64,000 nucleotides of DNA from Chloroflexota bacterium. GTDB taxonomy: Bacteria; Chloroflexota; UBA6077; FW602-bin22; JACPRP01. This document shows, one piece after another, positions 9,115-18,155 of this stretch (positions within the stretch are counted from its first letter, which is position 1; every line of letters starts with the position of its first letter). A program made the position numbers and the translations under genes. Location: assembly GCA_016189905.1 (NCBI GenBank), contig JACPRP010000014.1, forward strand, positions 27,302 through 91,301. The letters run 5' to 3'. The notes below the pieces were generated by a model. That model had not been told where the DNA came from and made no database searches. It worked only from the letters and a program-made list of their open reading frames with translations.

Positions 9115-10974
9115 ATGCCGCGTGTGGAACTGTCCACACCCACAGTGATCCCTGATTTGGAGCAAAGCCTGGCAGGGATGACGGTCGAGATGCTCAAACG
9201 GTACGCCGCCGTGCTCGGCAAGCCGCCTACGCGTAAGGCCGAGTTGACGAATATGCTCCTTCAGGCGCTGACGGACCCTGCCGAAGTGCGGCGGCTCTGG
9301 CAAAGGCTCACGCCCCTTCAGCAAACGGTAGTTGCCGAGGTCGTGCATACCTTTGGGGGCATCTACGACGATCAGGCAATCAAGGCCAAATACCCCGGGG
9401 CAAGCGCGCCCGAATGGATCGGTTACGGCAGCTTCGCGAGGACGAAGTCGGCGACCCCGTTCGACATACTCTTCTTTCACAGCACCGACGCGGGAATGTA
9501 CATCCCCACCGACCTTGCGGCGCTTCTGCGCACATTCGCTCCACGACCACCTGTCACACAGATGCGCGCACGGAGTGGACCTCCGTCGTCTCAAGAGTTT
9601 GCCACGCTTCGAGGACCGCCTCCGGCAGTCGTAGTGGCTGAAACCGAGCGAGCCGTCTTTCACGACCTGGCGGCAACGCTCCTCCTGATCCAGCAAGGCA
9701 GGATCGGTGTGAGTCCGGCTACCAGCCTGCCGACGCTTACTAGCGTCCGCAGGCTGCGTGAGCACTTGCTCACCGGCGACTTCTTTCCCGAAGCGGCATA
9801 CGAACGGGCCGAGGATGCTATCCGCCCCCTGGCCCTCGTCGTGCTCGTCCAGGCGGCAAAGTGGGCCGTGGTCGCTGGGCCGAGCGGCGGCAAGCTGCAA
9901 CTGACCAGGGCCGGGCAGGGACGGATCGCCGGACCGCCGCAGCCGTCCCATATACGCGAGGTCTGGGAATACTGGCTAAAGAGCGATCTCGTGGACGAGC
10001 TCTCGCGCATCCGCACGATCAAAGGACAGCAGTCGCGGCGGGTGCGTCTGACCAGGCCCTCCTCTCGCCGTGAGAAGCTGGTTGTCGCTTTGCGCTCCTG
10101 CCCGATCGGCCGTTGGGTGGACCTCGACGAGTTCTTCAGGTTCATGCGTGCGGAGCGTCTCTCGCCGGAGATTGAGCGCACCGTGGATAGCGGCCTGTCC
10201 ATTGGTGACATAGAGTACGGCTGGTTGGGGTATCGCGGGGTCAACTACTGGGACATCGTCGTCGGCTCGTGTTTGCGCGCGGTGCTCTGGGAGTACGTGG
10301 CAACCCTTGGCCTGATCGAGATCGCCTACACACGGCCGGAGGAGTCACCGCGCGACTTCGGGGAAGCGTACGGATTGGAGGACTACGAATATCTGAGCCG
10401 CTATGACGGTCTCCTGGCCTTCCGCCTCACGAACCTTGGCGCGTACGTCCTCGGCCTCACATCCGCATACACCCCGCCGATCCCCGTTGCTGAGCAAGGG
10501 CCTCCTTTGCTGAAAGTGCTGCCCAACCTGGACCTGGTCGTCGCCGACGCCACGCGGCTCACGCCGGGCGACCGAGCCTTTCTCGACCGCGTGGCGACGG
10601 CCCGCAGCGAGAACGTCTATCGTCTCAGCCGAGACCGGCTCCTCGACGCGGCCGAGCACGGACTCGGCATTCCCCAGATCGTGGCCTTCCTGGCCGGCAA
10701 GAGCGGCGTCGCTGAATCGGAGTTGCCACAGACCGTGCGCGTCTTCCTCGCGGACGTAGAGAAGCGCCTGGACGCGTTGCGCGAGGCCGGCCGGGCCGTA
10801 ATGCTGGAGTCCCAAGACCCCTACGTCCTCATTGAGCTGGCGCACACCACTCCCCTGCGAGGAATGGTGCGTCTGGCGACCGTGGATGACAGGCCCGTGC
10901 TCCTCGTCCCCGAAGACAAAGAATCCGCTGTGCGTAAGCAACTGAAAAAGCTGGGGTATCTGCCGAGGAAATGA
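9115..10974 (+). CDS. Large conserved hypothetical protein (619 aa), SAP-like N-terminus, C-terminal region resembling the helicase-associated 'Helicase_C_3'/XPB-N-terminal-type domain
   Basis: ATG at 9115 lies 5 nt after AGGGAGGAGAGAG and 19 nt after the upstream stop. The track start at 8881 overlaps the upstream gene and was rejected. The C-terminal block …LLDAAEHGLGIPQIVAFLAGKSG…LPQTVRVFLADVEKR… resembles helicase-associated domains. No ATPase motifs were seen. Confidence 0.5.
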   Translation: MPRVELSTPTVIPDLEQSLAGMTVEMLKRYAAVLGKPPTRKAELTNMLLQALTDPAEVRRLWQRLTPLQQTVVAEVVHTFGGIYDDQAIKAKYPGASAPEWIGYGSFARTKSATPFDILFFHSTDAGMYIPTDLAALLRTFAPRPPVTQMRARSGPPSSQEFATLRGPPPAVVVAETERAVFHDLAATLLLIQQGRIGVSPATSLPTLTSVRRLREHLLTGDFFPEAAYERAEDAIRPLALVVLVQAAKWAVVAGPSGGKLQLTRAGQGRIAGPPQPSHIREVWEYWLKSDLVDELSRIRTIKGQQSRRVRLTRPSSRREKLVVALRSCPIGRWVDLDEFFRFMRAERLSPEIERTVDSGLSIGDIEYGWLGYRGVNYWDIVVGSCLRAVLWEYVATLGLIEIAYTRPEESPRDFGEAYGLEDYEYLSRYDGLLAFRLTNLGAYVLGLTSAYTPPIPVAEQGPPLLKVLPNLDLVVADATRLTPGDRAFLDRVATARSENVYRLSRDRLLDAAEHGLGIPQIVAFLAGKSGVAESELPQTVRVFLADVEKRLDALREAGRAVMLESQDPYVLIELAHTTPLRGMVRLATVDDRPVLLVPEDKESAVRKQLKKLGYLPRK

Positions 10975-11413
10975 TGAAAAGAATATCACCGCAAACAATG
11001 TCGTGTGTATCAACGATAGGAGTTTGAGCCTCCTGATAAAGTGTGTTGAACACGTTCTTCCACACCTGAGTCAAGACCTGCGAGGGTTGCTGCGGGAATT
11101 GGGACGGCTTGTTGAGAACCGATTGATCTCACACCTCCCTCCAGTAAGTAATAGAATCCAGGGGCAAACAGCGCGTTTTCGCGCTCTCTCAAATGGAAAA
11201 CCGGGCTGAACAAACCGCGAAGAAAAGAATTCGCAAGTTGCTAGCGGCACTGCTGGGGAACAGCATCGTTCCTGGCGCTCGGGGGTCTGCCAGGACATAC
11301 ACTATGCTTGTACATTTTTATTATACACTGCCTGTCAAGGCTGCTTTCCGTTTGCGTTGGCGGAGCCTCTTGGCTCTCACCCTGATCGAAAACAAGAGGG
11401 TAGAATGGTGCGA

Positions 11414-12520
11414 TCAGGATGCCCTCTCCATCACTTCCTGACGTTCCTTCGAGATCGTGATCCGCAAGTACGTGTCGGTGACTATCACATCGGTTCCCAT
11501 CTCCCGGCACAAATGCCGTATCCGATCGGCGATGGCTTGGAAGTCATCGCCCTCGGCTAGATTAACCTGGAAATTCTCGATCAACACCGGAAATATGTCG
11601 ATATGGTCGATTCTCGCAGCATTGCTCACCTCCAGCCGAAACAGCGCTGACTGATCGTTGCGCAGGAACGGGTCCACCGCGTAATCGTCCACGAAATCGC
11701 CGGTGTCGTACAAGATGGGCTTCCCTTTGTAGATTTCAATTCCCTGAAGTATGTGCGCGCTGTGCCCATGGAAAATGTCTACGCCAGCGTCCATCAGTGC
11801 GTGAGTAAAGGCGACAAAAGACGGTGTCGGCCTCTCTCGCATATTTGGTCCCCAGTGAGCCGAGGCGATCACGAGGTCTGCGCCGCCCTCTCTCGCCAGC
11901 CGAATGCTCTTTCGAAGCCGTGTGAACTGCCTGGCGGCGATGCTAATCGGCACGAAGTTGATTCCGGGAGCCCGGTCCGTTGCCGCCCAGTCTGGCTCGT
12001 TGTCGGTAAACGAGAATACCGCTATCTTACGGCCCTTCGCCGTGAGCCAGGCCGGACGCTCCGCCTCTTTCAGGTTCCTCCCTGCTCCAGCGTGAGCGAT
12101 GTGGGCCGCGGCCAGCCGGTCCAGCATTTCCAACAGCGCGTCTTCCTCAAAATCCAGGGTGTGGTTGTTAGCCAGGGAAACGTAATCAGTTCCAGCAACC
12201 TCGAGAACCCTGATCGCCTCTGGATCGGCTTTGAAGTGGAAGACCTTTGGCGTCCGTGTCCAGGGCTTCCCACTAGAGGCGATCACGCACTCCAGATTCG
12301 CGAGCGTCAGATCGGCATTCTTCAAGAGGCCGATCGTGTTGCCCCAGGGGTAGAACGGGCCACGACGATGTATGACCTCGTTCATCAATCGACCCAGCAT
12401 CACGTCACCTGTTACCGCGAGCGTAAGTGGCGTTGCCTTAGGCCGATTTATGCGCCTTGTGGCCACTGTTTGCCGCTCCTCTTGCGCCAGACTGCGGTTG
12501 GCCCAGATGTTGCGCGACAT
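11414..12520 (-). CDS. CapA-family (PGA_cap) metallophosphoesterase-like protein
   Basis: LTLAVTGDVMLGR, ADLTLANLECVIA, VSLANNHTLDF, AHAGAGRN, HWGPN, HGHSAH: the canonical CapA/metallophosphatase blocks. Confidence 0.8.
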   Translation of the reverse strand: MSRNIWANRSLAQEERQTVATRRINRPKATPLTLAVTGDVMLGRLMNEVIHRRGPFYPWGNTIGLLKNADLTLANLECVIASSGKPWTRTPKVFHFKADPEAIRVLEVAGTDYVSLANNHTLDFEEDALLEMLDRLAAAHIAHAGAGRNLKEAERPAWLTAKGRKIAVFSFTDNEPDWAATDRAPGINFVPISIAARQFTRLRKSIRLAREGGADLVIASAHWGPNMRERPTPSFVAFTHALMDAGVDIFHGHSAHILQGIEIYKGKPILYDTGDFVDDYAVDPFLRNDQSALFRLEVSNAARIDHIDIFPVLIENFQVNLAEGDDFQAIADRIRHLCREMGTDVIVTDTYLRITISKERQEVMERAS

Positions 12521-12633
12521 GCTCCTCCTGGCCTGTGCCCTGCCCCTGCGCCCCCTGTGTTGCCCGAGAAGATAGCTGTTCGCCTGCCCATCAGTTGATA
12601 GCTTTCTCGTGACTCATCGTCGGAGATCTGGCC

Positions 12634-13320
12634 TCAGCGAATTCCTGATATCCGCGTACTGCCCGCCACGATCTCGATCTCGTTTCGCACGCTGACGACA
12701 CCGGCTGTAAAGCGAGCGTCCTCTTCGGCTGCTTGCCGCTCCCCAGTAGTCTGCACCTGCCCTCGCAATACGACGCGCCCGGCCCTGATTTCCGCGCCGA
12801 TCCGCGTCGGAGCGCCAATCCTGGCATCCCGCCCGATAGCCGTTCGGATATCGTCCTCTATCTCTCCGTCAGATCTCACTCTCGTTGGCGTAACCTCGAT
12901 GTAGTTTGCGACGTCGGTGACACCATCTGCGAACCACGCATCTTCTTCGGCGGCTTCCTTTTCGGCGAGGCTGGAGACCGACCCACTCAGCTCGACGATG
13001 CCATTGGCGACCTTGATCGCTATGCCCTTTGCATCCAGGCGGTTATCGCCTGTCAGAGCGTTCTCGACATCTGCCGCGATGTCTGCGTCCAGCCGCAAGT
13101 TTTCAGGGCTCACGACAATTCTATCCACCACGCTCTTCACGCCTTTGATTTTCCAGGCATCGTCTGCTGCCACCGTCTTTTCTGAGTACGTTCTCACCGT
13201 CCCTGATAAGGTTACGATGCCATCGGTAACATCGACGTCGAGGTTACAATCGTCGATGCGCACATCCCAGGCGAGCGTATCGCGAACATCGCGAAGTATC
13301 TGGGTGTCAGTTCTGAGCAT
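12634..13320 (-). CDS. BON-domain protein (three BON repeats, OsmY-like)
   Basis: Repeated pattern …V.V.V.DG.V.LSG.V.…A.....GV..V.N.I.V… occurs three times. The internal ATG at 13320 is preceded by GGAGGTG, so it is preferred over the longer track ORF. Confidence 0.8.
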   Translation of the reverse strand: MLRTDTQILRDVRDTLAWDVRIDDCNLDVDVTDGIVTLSGTVRTYSEKTVAADDAWKIKGVKSVVDRIVVSPENLRLDADIAADVENALTGDNRLDAKGIAIKVANGIVELSGSVSSLAEKEAAEEDAWFADGVTDVANYIEVTPTRVRSDGEIEDDIRTAIGRDARIGAPTRIGAEIRAGRVVLRGQVQTTGERQAAEEDARFTAGVVSVRNEIEIVAGSTRISGIR

Positions 13321-13551
13321 CGGTGTCAACTGCTTCACCTCCGTTTCTTGAAAACGGTTTTGGCGCTTTCTTCGACGATGCTGCAAGATAAGTGCCTTGC
13401 CTGAGGACAAAGGCTCTTGGGGCGGGCACACTTCTTGAAGTCTCGTCAAGAGAGCCAAACAGTAATAGGCTCTCGATTTCAACAAGTCGACGGCAATGCG
13501 ATCACTTGAATGACAGCAACCTCTCGAAATGCTTGAGCGTAGAGGTAGAGA

Positions 13552-14811
13552 ATGACTGAAGGACAGCGAGCGCCACGGCTGGTGCGGCGGGTCGGTCTCA
13601 TTGAGGCTATAGCCGTTGCGCTCGGGGCCATGATCGGGGCCGGCGTGTACGTCTCGATCGGAGAGGCGGGGGGCATAACCGGCGGTTCACTCGTCATCGC
13701 TGTTCTACTCGGTGCAGGAGTTGCCGTACTAAGCGGTCTGAGCGCCGCCGAACTTGGTGCCAATGATCCTCGCGCCGGCGGAGCCTATCAGTTCGCCTCT
13801 CGCCTTGTCCATCCATTAGTGGGGTTCGTGGCCGGCTGGCTCTTCCTCGTGGCCGCGCTCGCGGCTGGGGCGACATTTGCCTTGACCTTCGCCGCCTACG
13901 TCGAGCCTCTTCTGCCTGGCATACCGCCGCGTGTCTCCGGCATCGTAGTTGTTTTGGCCGCGATAATGCTCAACCTGCTCGGCGTCCGTCCCTCCGCCAG
14001 AGCTAACCTGGTGCTCGTGGCGATCAACTTGTCCATCCTGGTAGCCTTTGTTATGATGGCTCTGCCATCTCTTATGGTGAGCCGTTTTCAGCCGTTTCTC
14101 ATCGGAGGTGTAGGTGGATTATTACAGGCCTCCGCCTTCTTGTTTTTTGCCTATACTGGCTTCGCTCGACCAGTCACTGTAGCTGAAGAAGTGCTGGAGC
14201 CGCACAAAACCCTCCCCCGGGCGGTGCCAATCGCCCTCGGCATCGCCGCGCTTCTATACTTGGGCGTTGCCGTCGCTGCTCTTGGCTCATTGGGCCCCGA
14301 GGGTATGGGAGTTGAACCGGCGCCGCTGCGAGCTGCAATGGTGGCGGTTGGTAATGCAGTTGGGCCACTGCTCCTATCAGTTGGGGCATTGATCGCCATT
14401 TCAACCGTGCTGCTCACCGAGATTTGGGGCTTGTCGCGCCTGGCCTTCGCCATGGCCCGCGATGGTGATCTCCCCGCCTGGTTTGCTCAGATCTCGGTGC
14501 CCAGGCATATCCCCCGCAATGGGGTGCTTACAACGGGTGTGGTCTTGCTCATCCTGTCGAGTGCGCTCGACCTTCGCCCAGCCTTGGAGGTAAGCAGTCT
14601 TGCGTTGCTTATCTACTATGGAATCATGAACCTGTCGGCATTGCGGCTGCCGCCGGAACGGCGGCTCTACCCCCCGGTTGTGCCTGCCGCAGGGCTGCTC
14701 GCCACAGCTCTGATAGCCTTCTCGCTCCCCTGGCAGACACTGGCGGCTGTGCTCGTCGTCGTGATCCTCGGACTTGCCTATTACCGTCTACAGAGGAAAT
14801 CAGAACTCTGA
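13552..14811 (+). CDS. APC-superfamily amino acid/polyamine permease
   Basis: 419 aa with about 12 hydrophobic helices. N-terminal GAMIGAGVYV motif typical of APC transporters. Confidence 0.85.
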   Translation: MTEGQRAPRLVRRVGLIEAIAVALGAMIGAGVYVSIGEAGGITGGSLVIAVLLGAGVAVLSGLSAAELGANDPRAGGAYQFASRLVHPLVGFVAGWLFLVAALAAGATFALTFAAYVEPLLPGIPPRVSGIVVVLAAIMLNLLGVRPSARANLVLVAINLSILVAFVMMALPSLMVSRFQPFLIGGVGGLLQASAFLFFAYTGFARPVTVAEEVLEPHKTLPRAVPIALGIAALLYLGVAVAALGSLGPEGMGVEPAPLRAAMVAVGNAVGPLLLSVGALIAISTVLLTEIWGLSRLAFAMARDGDLPAWFAQISVPRHIPRNGVLTTGVVLLILSSALDLRPALEVSSLALLIYYGIMNLSALRLPPERRLYPPVVPAAGLLATALIAFSLPWQTLAAVLVVVILGLAYYRLQRKSEL

Positions 14812-14974
14812 AATCAGGAAGTTGGCCGGCCAGGGGGTGGCCTGGTGCGAAGTCAATGAGGTTGAGTGATTTCACGTATTCCCCCACAAAATCACTGTTC
14901 CATATGGCCCATTGGCATGCTACAATCCATTTATCATCATAGACGTCGTGGCGTAGCACAATGGAGGCAACGAG

Positions 14975-15166
14975 GTGATAATCGACGCAATTCTTAAGGA
15001 CGAGAACGGCCAGACTCTTGGGAAGATCGTGGCCAACGCAAAAACCTTCTCCAGCGGATCCCGTGGCTACTATGGCCAGAGTAAGATCGAGATTGACGGC
15101 AAGCGCTATCAATGCCAGGTCCAACTGGTGGAGATCGGGAGCAAAGAGCAGAAGAAAACCGACTGA
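14975..15166 (+). CDS. Small hypothetical protein (63 aa)
   Basis: GTG start 6 nt after GGAGGC. Followed by a hairpin plus T-run at 15219-15256. No function recognised. Confidence 0.45.
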   Translation: MIIDAILKDENGQTLGKIVANAKTFSSGSRGYYGQSKIEIDGKRYQCQVQLVEIGSKEQKKTD

Positions 15167-15218
15167 GTTCAGCGGCGCTAGCTAGAAGTTACAGCTTACT
15201 ACAGGGATGCTGGGGGCT

Positions 15219-15256
15219 GGCGGCAGACGACTTCACTTTGGCCGCCGTTTTCGGTT
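15219..15256 (+). terminator. Putative intrinsic terminator (GGCGGC…GCCGCC stem followed by GTTTTCGGTTT)
   Basis: A 6-bp GC stem and T-rich tail, seen directly, downstream of the 63-aa ORF. Confidence 0.4.
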
Positions 15257-15376
15257 TCCCCCATAGACTCCCCTCGTTCGTCCACAGATGAACGCAGATC
15301 GTAATTCCCTTTCTGAGATACCTGCGTCACCTGCGGAAAGTTGTTTCCCCGAGTACAGATTAAAGTAAAGCGGACG

Positions 15377-16582
15377 CTACTTCTTGTACGGGCCCAACTG
15401 CTGCACCGCGTATTTGACAAAAGTGTCGTCGACAATCTTACCGGTCGGGATGAGCTCTTGGTACTCCAGCAGCCCAACGTCCTTGAAAAACTGCTGCTGT
15501 TCCTGGATAAAGTCCTCCTGAATCTTCCCATCAGGATCGAACACGGGCAGCACACTGATCTTGAGCACCTCCGGCTTCTGCCCTGTCGCCTTGCTGACAA
15601 CGTCAATTATATCCGGCTTCAACATACCTTTGTCCTGCAGGTCTCGCATCGCCTTGAGGACAGCCACCATGAACCTCTTGGCGGCATCGGGTCGCTCCTG
15701 AATAAACTTGGGACTGTACTGAATCGTAAAGGCCATCTTGCCGGGAAGCGTCTCGTCCACGAGAATCTTGGCTATTCCTGATGCCACGGCTTGGGGTGCA
15801 TGGGGCTGGGTGGAAATGGCCGCGTCGATGGCCCTGTTTTGCAGCGCGACCAACTGGTCGGGAAAGTCCATAGTGACGATGTTCACATCCCCCAGGCTCA
15901 TTCCTGATTGCTTCAACACGTTGTGAAGCCGGTACTCACTGATGCCAGAGCGAGTGTTCATTGCGACAGTCCTACCCTTGAGGTCTTTCACCGACTGCAC
16001 CTCGCCCTTATCCATCAGTTCTTTGCGCACCAGAAGTGGTCCTGTGCTTCCTCCACCCATAGGCGGCTCCAGGGAGAGAGGACCAACTATACGCACCTGA
16101 GCACCCCGATTTATCGCGTTGAAAAAGCCCGCGCCCATAGCTCCACTTGCGATATCCAGTTGCCCTGTAGCCAGAAATGCTGCTACGGCGGCGGCGCCAG
16201 CAACGCTCTCGAAATTGGCGTCAAGCCCCTGCTCTTTGAAATAGCCCTTGGCCTCTGCTACGCGGAATGGCGCGCTGATCGTCGACTTGACGTCCGCGAG
16301 CTTCACTGAGACCAGTGATTGCGGCGATGCTTTGACCGCTGGTTCCGTAGTCTCAGCCGCTTTTGTTGGCGCCGGGGCCGGCGGCTTTGTGGCCTCTGCC
16401 GGCCTCGTCCAGGTCGGCGTCGGGGCGGGCGGTGCAGACTGCGCGCAGCCGAAAACCGATGCCAACGACAAAACTGCGACTAACAACGGGAACATACACC
16501 TGATCGACCAATCACTACTTCTCACGGCGACAACCTCCTCGCTTTTCCTCCAGCGATGACGGGCAAACACATTGACCGTCAT
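15377..16582 (-). CDS. ABC-type solute-binding lipoprotein, NMT1/THI5/SsuA-like fold (subfamily 2 in this window)
   Basis: Signal peptide with lipobox (LASVFGCAQ) and a PT/A-rich linker. Core resembles nitrate/sulfonate/bicarbonate-type SBPs. Paralogous to 21935-23335 and 39116-40273. Confidence 0.8.
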   Translation of the reverse strand: MTVNVFARHRWRKSEEVVAVRSSDWSIRCMFPLLVAVLSLASVFGCAQSAPPAPTPTWTRPAEATKPPAPAPTKAAETTEPAVKASPQSLVSVKLADVKSTISAPFRVAEAKGYFKEQGLDANFESVAGAAAVAAFLATGQLDIASGAMGAGFFNAINRGAQVRIVGPLSLEPPMGGGSTGPLLVRKELMDKGEVQSVKDLKGRTVAMNTRSGISEYRLHNVLKQSGMSLGDVNIVTMDFPDQLVALQNRAIDAAISTQPHAPQAVASGIAKILVDETLPGKMAFTIQYSPKFIQERPDAAKRFMVAVLKAMRDLQDKGMLKPDIIDVVSKATGQKPEVLKISVLPVFDPDGKIQEDFIQEQQQFFKDVGLLEYQELIPTGKIVDDTFVKYAVQQLGPYKK

Positions 16583-16601
16583 TCTTCTAGCAGCTTCACC
16601 G

Positions 16602-17771
16602 CTAGTCCCCGTACAGCTTCCTAATGAAACCGCTCTCGTCCAGTTCCTTCATCAGGCTATTATCGATGAAGCTCTCTGGTTTGACCTCCCTTGCTTTCGG
16701 ATTGTTCTTTGCCGCTTCGTCAAGGAGGGTCTGCACAGAGGCAACATTGACGTACGGGATTCTCGGCGCGAGCTTGTCCACATAAAAGTCGAACGTTTCG
16801 CCCAACACTTCCCTGTCCTCTGTCTTGGTGTACTGGCCGATGATCTTCATCGCGGCATCTTTGTCCTTCTTGGCCACGGCGATGCCTTCGACGTACGCTT
16901 TCAGGAAGTTCATCACCGTCTCTCGATTGGCAGATAGATACCGCCTGCTCACAGCTATACAGGTCTGAACGTATGGAATCTGGAGGTCGGCGACGTTCAC
17001 AAGCTCACGCATCCCGAGCTTCTTGAGCGTAAGAGAGTTTGGCGGTCCGGTAATCGTCGCCTGAACTGCCCCAGCCTTCATCGCGCCCATCGTCTCTGGG
17101 GTGCCGCCCAGTTGGACGATAGCTACATCTTTGTCAGGCTCAAGCCCAAATCTCTTGAGCGTCAGCCGCGCTGCGATATCAGTGCTGGCGCCGAACCGAC
17201 CGACACCAACCGTTTTCCCCTTGAGATCTTCGATTTGCTGTATGTTCGGCTGGCTAAAAAGAGAGAAGCCCAGGACATTGTTGGTCGCCGCGATAATGAC
17301 CAGGTCGCCGCCCCCGAGGCTGGAGGCGACCACCGCCTCACCCCCTGTGTTTGCCAGACCGAACTCTCCGGAGGCCATCGCCTGAGCCATTGTGGTGCTC
17401 GATACGATGTAGGGGATGTCGACATCGAGGCCATGTTTCTCGAAGATTGCTTTTTCCTTGGCTACCCAGAGTGGTGTGTATGAGCCGGCAACAGCAACGT
17501 AGGGGACCGTTAGACGAACAAGCCTACCGTCTGTTTTCGTCGCCTCTTTAGCCGCGAGGGTGGGCTTCGCCTCTGGCTTGACATCCTTGGCCTGTGTCGT
17601 GGCCGCCGTGGGCGTAGCTGCCGCCTTGGTCGGTGCTGCCGCCTTTGTTGGTGCAGGAGCTGAAGTCGAAGTTGGCGCAGGTGCAGGTGCACCAGCGCAC
17701 GCAACGGCAAAGGACAAGACGACAACAGATGCCACAAGAAGACCACATCGCAGTTCTCGATGCAAATTCAC
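16602..17771 (-). CDS. ABC-type solute-binding lipoprotein, NMT1/SsuA-like (subfamily 1)
   Basis: Lipobox (SFAVACAG) and an Ala/Pro/Thr-rich linker. Clear paralog of 24111-25337; the C-termini are nearly identical (…IDNS.(M/V)KELDESGFI(R/K)KLY..). Confidence 0.8.
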   Translation of the reverse strand: MNLHRELRCGLLVASVVVLSFAVACAGAPAPAPTSTSAPAPTKAAAPTKAAATPTAATTQAKDVKPEAKPTLAAKEATKTDGRLVRLTVPYVAVAGSYTPLWVAKEKAIFEKHGLDVDIPYIVSSTTMAQAMASGEFGLANTGGEAVVASSLGGGDLVIIAATNNVLGFSLFSQPNIQQIEDLKGKTVGVGRFGASTDIAARLTLKRFGLEPDKDVAIVQLGGTPETMGAMKAGAVQATITGPPNSLTLKKLGMRELVNVADLQIPYVQTCIAVSRRYLSANRETVMNFLKAYVEGIAVAKKDKDAAMKIIGQYTKTEDREVLGETFDFYVDKLAPRIPYVNVASVQTLLDEAAKNNPKAREVKPESFIDNSLMKELDESGFIRKLYGD

Positions 17772-17871
17772 CTTTCACCTCCTGGAAACGATCGATCCAT
17801 TCATCTTTCGACTGGTCCCGCTGCCGGCTTCAAACAGTCGCACGGGTGAGCCCCGAAGACATGTCAATCTT

Positions 17872-17997
17872 ATACCAATTGCCCCTCCACAGGCCCTATA
17901 CTCTTCGGGGGGGGAGCGGTGCCTGAAGTCCTTCGGCGGAAGGACTTCAGCCTGCGTGAGGCGGGGAAATATAGGACTCGTGCATGACCAACTGGAA
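17872..17997. repeat. Palindromic MITE-like element, copy 1
   Basis: About 125 bp, alignable along its full length to 21784-21906. Ends are ATACCAAtTG…GGCCCTATA and their inverted counterpart. Central 12-bp-stem hairpin CTGAAGTCCTTC-GGCG-GAAGGACTTCAG. Confidence 0.7.
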
Positions 17998-18013
17998 TAA
18001 CTAGGACTTCTTC

Positions 18014-18150
18014 GTGAATCTCACGCAACATTGCGGATTCCCAACGGAGGGGGATAGAAAACGCCGATCTGGTGCTGCCTTTCCTTTGCGACAAGGCAAG
18101 CGCTGCGAAGCGCAACGACCTATCTTACTGCGAGGAGCGTATGTGATCCA
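18014..18150 (-). promoter_or_regulatory. Conserved 5' leader element (copy A) of the SBP operon; candidate cis-regulatory RNA
   Basis: Aligns with 25436-25565. Invariant blocks include TGCGGATTCCCAA and GCAAGCGCT (+ strand notation). It lies between a strong promoter and the SBP start codon. Confidence 0.45.
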
Positions 18151-18155
18151 ACGGC

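Noticed and set aside
10975-11413. 439-bp intergenic region between convergent genes, containing a GCGCGAAAACGCGC hairpin and an AT-rich TTGTACATTTTTATTATACACT stretch. Considered as an sRNA or promoter.
   Set aside because: No convincing -35/-10 pair at proper spacing and no terminator-bounded unit could be defined, and no similarity to other parts of the window. Evidence is insufficient.
18014-18150. Possible identity of the conserved SBP leader with a TPP or cobalamin riboswitch. The NMT1/THI5 context and a GGGAAUCCGCA..UGU string prompted this.
   Set aside because: I could not find the TPP CUGAGA / ACCUGAUCUGGAUAAUGCCAGCG-type core or a B12 box in the correct order. It is kept only as an unclassified candidate element.
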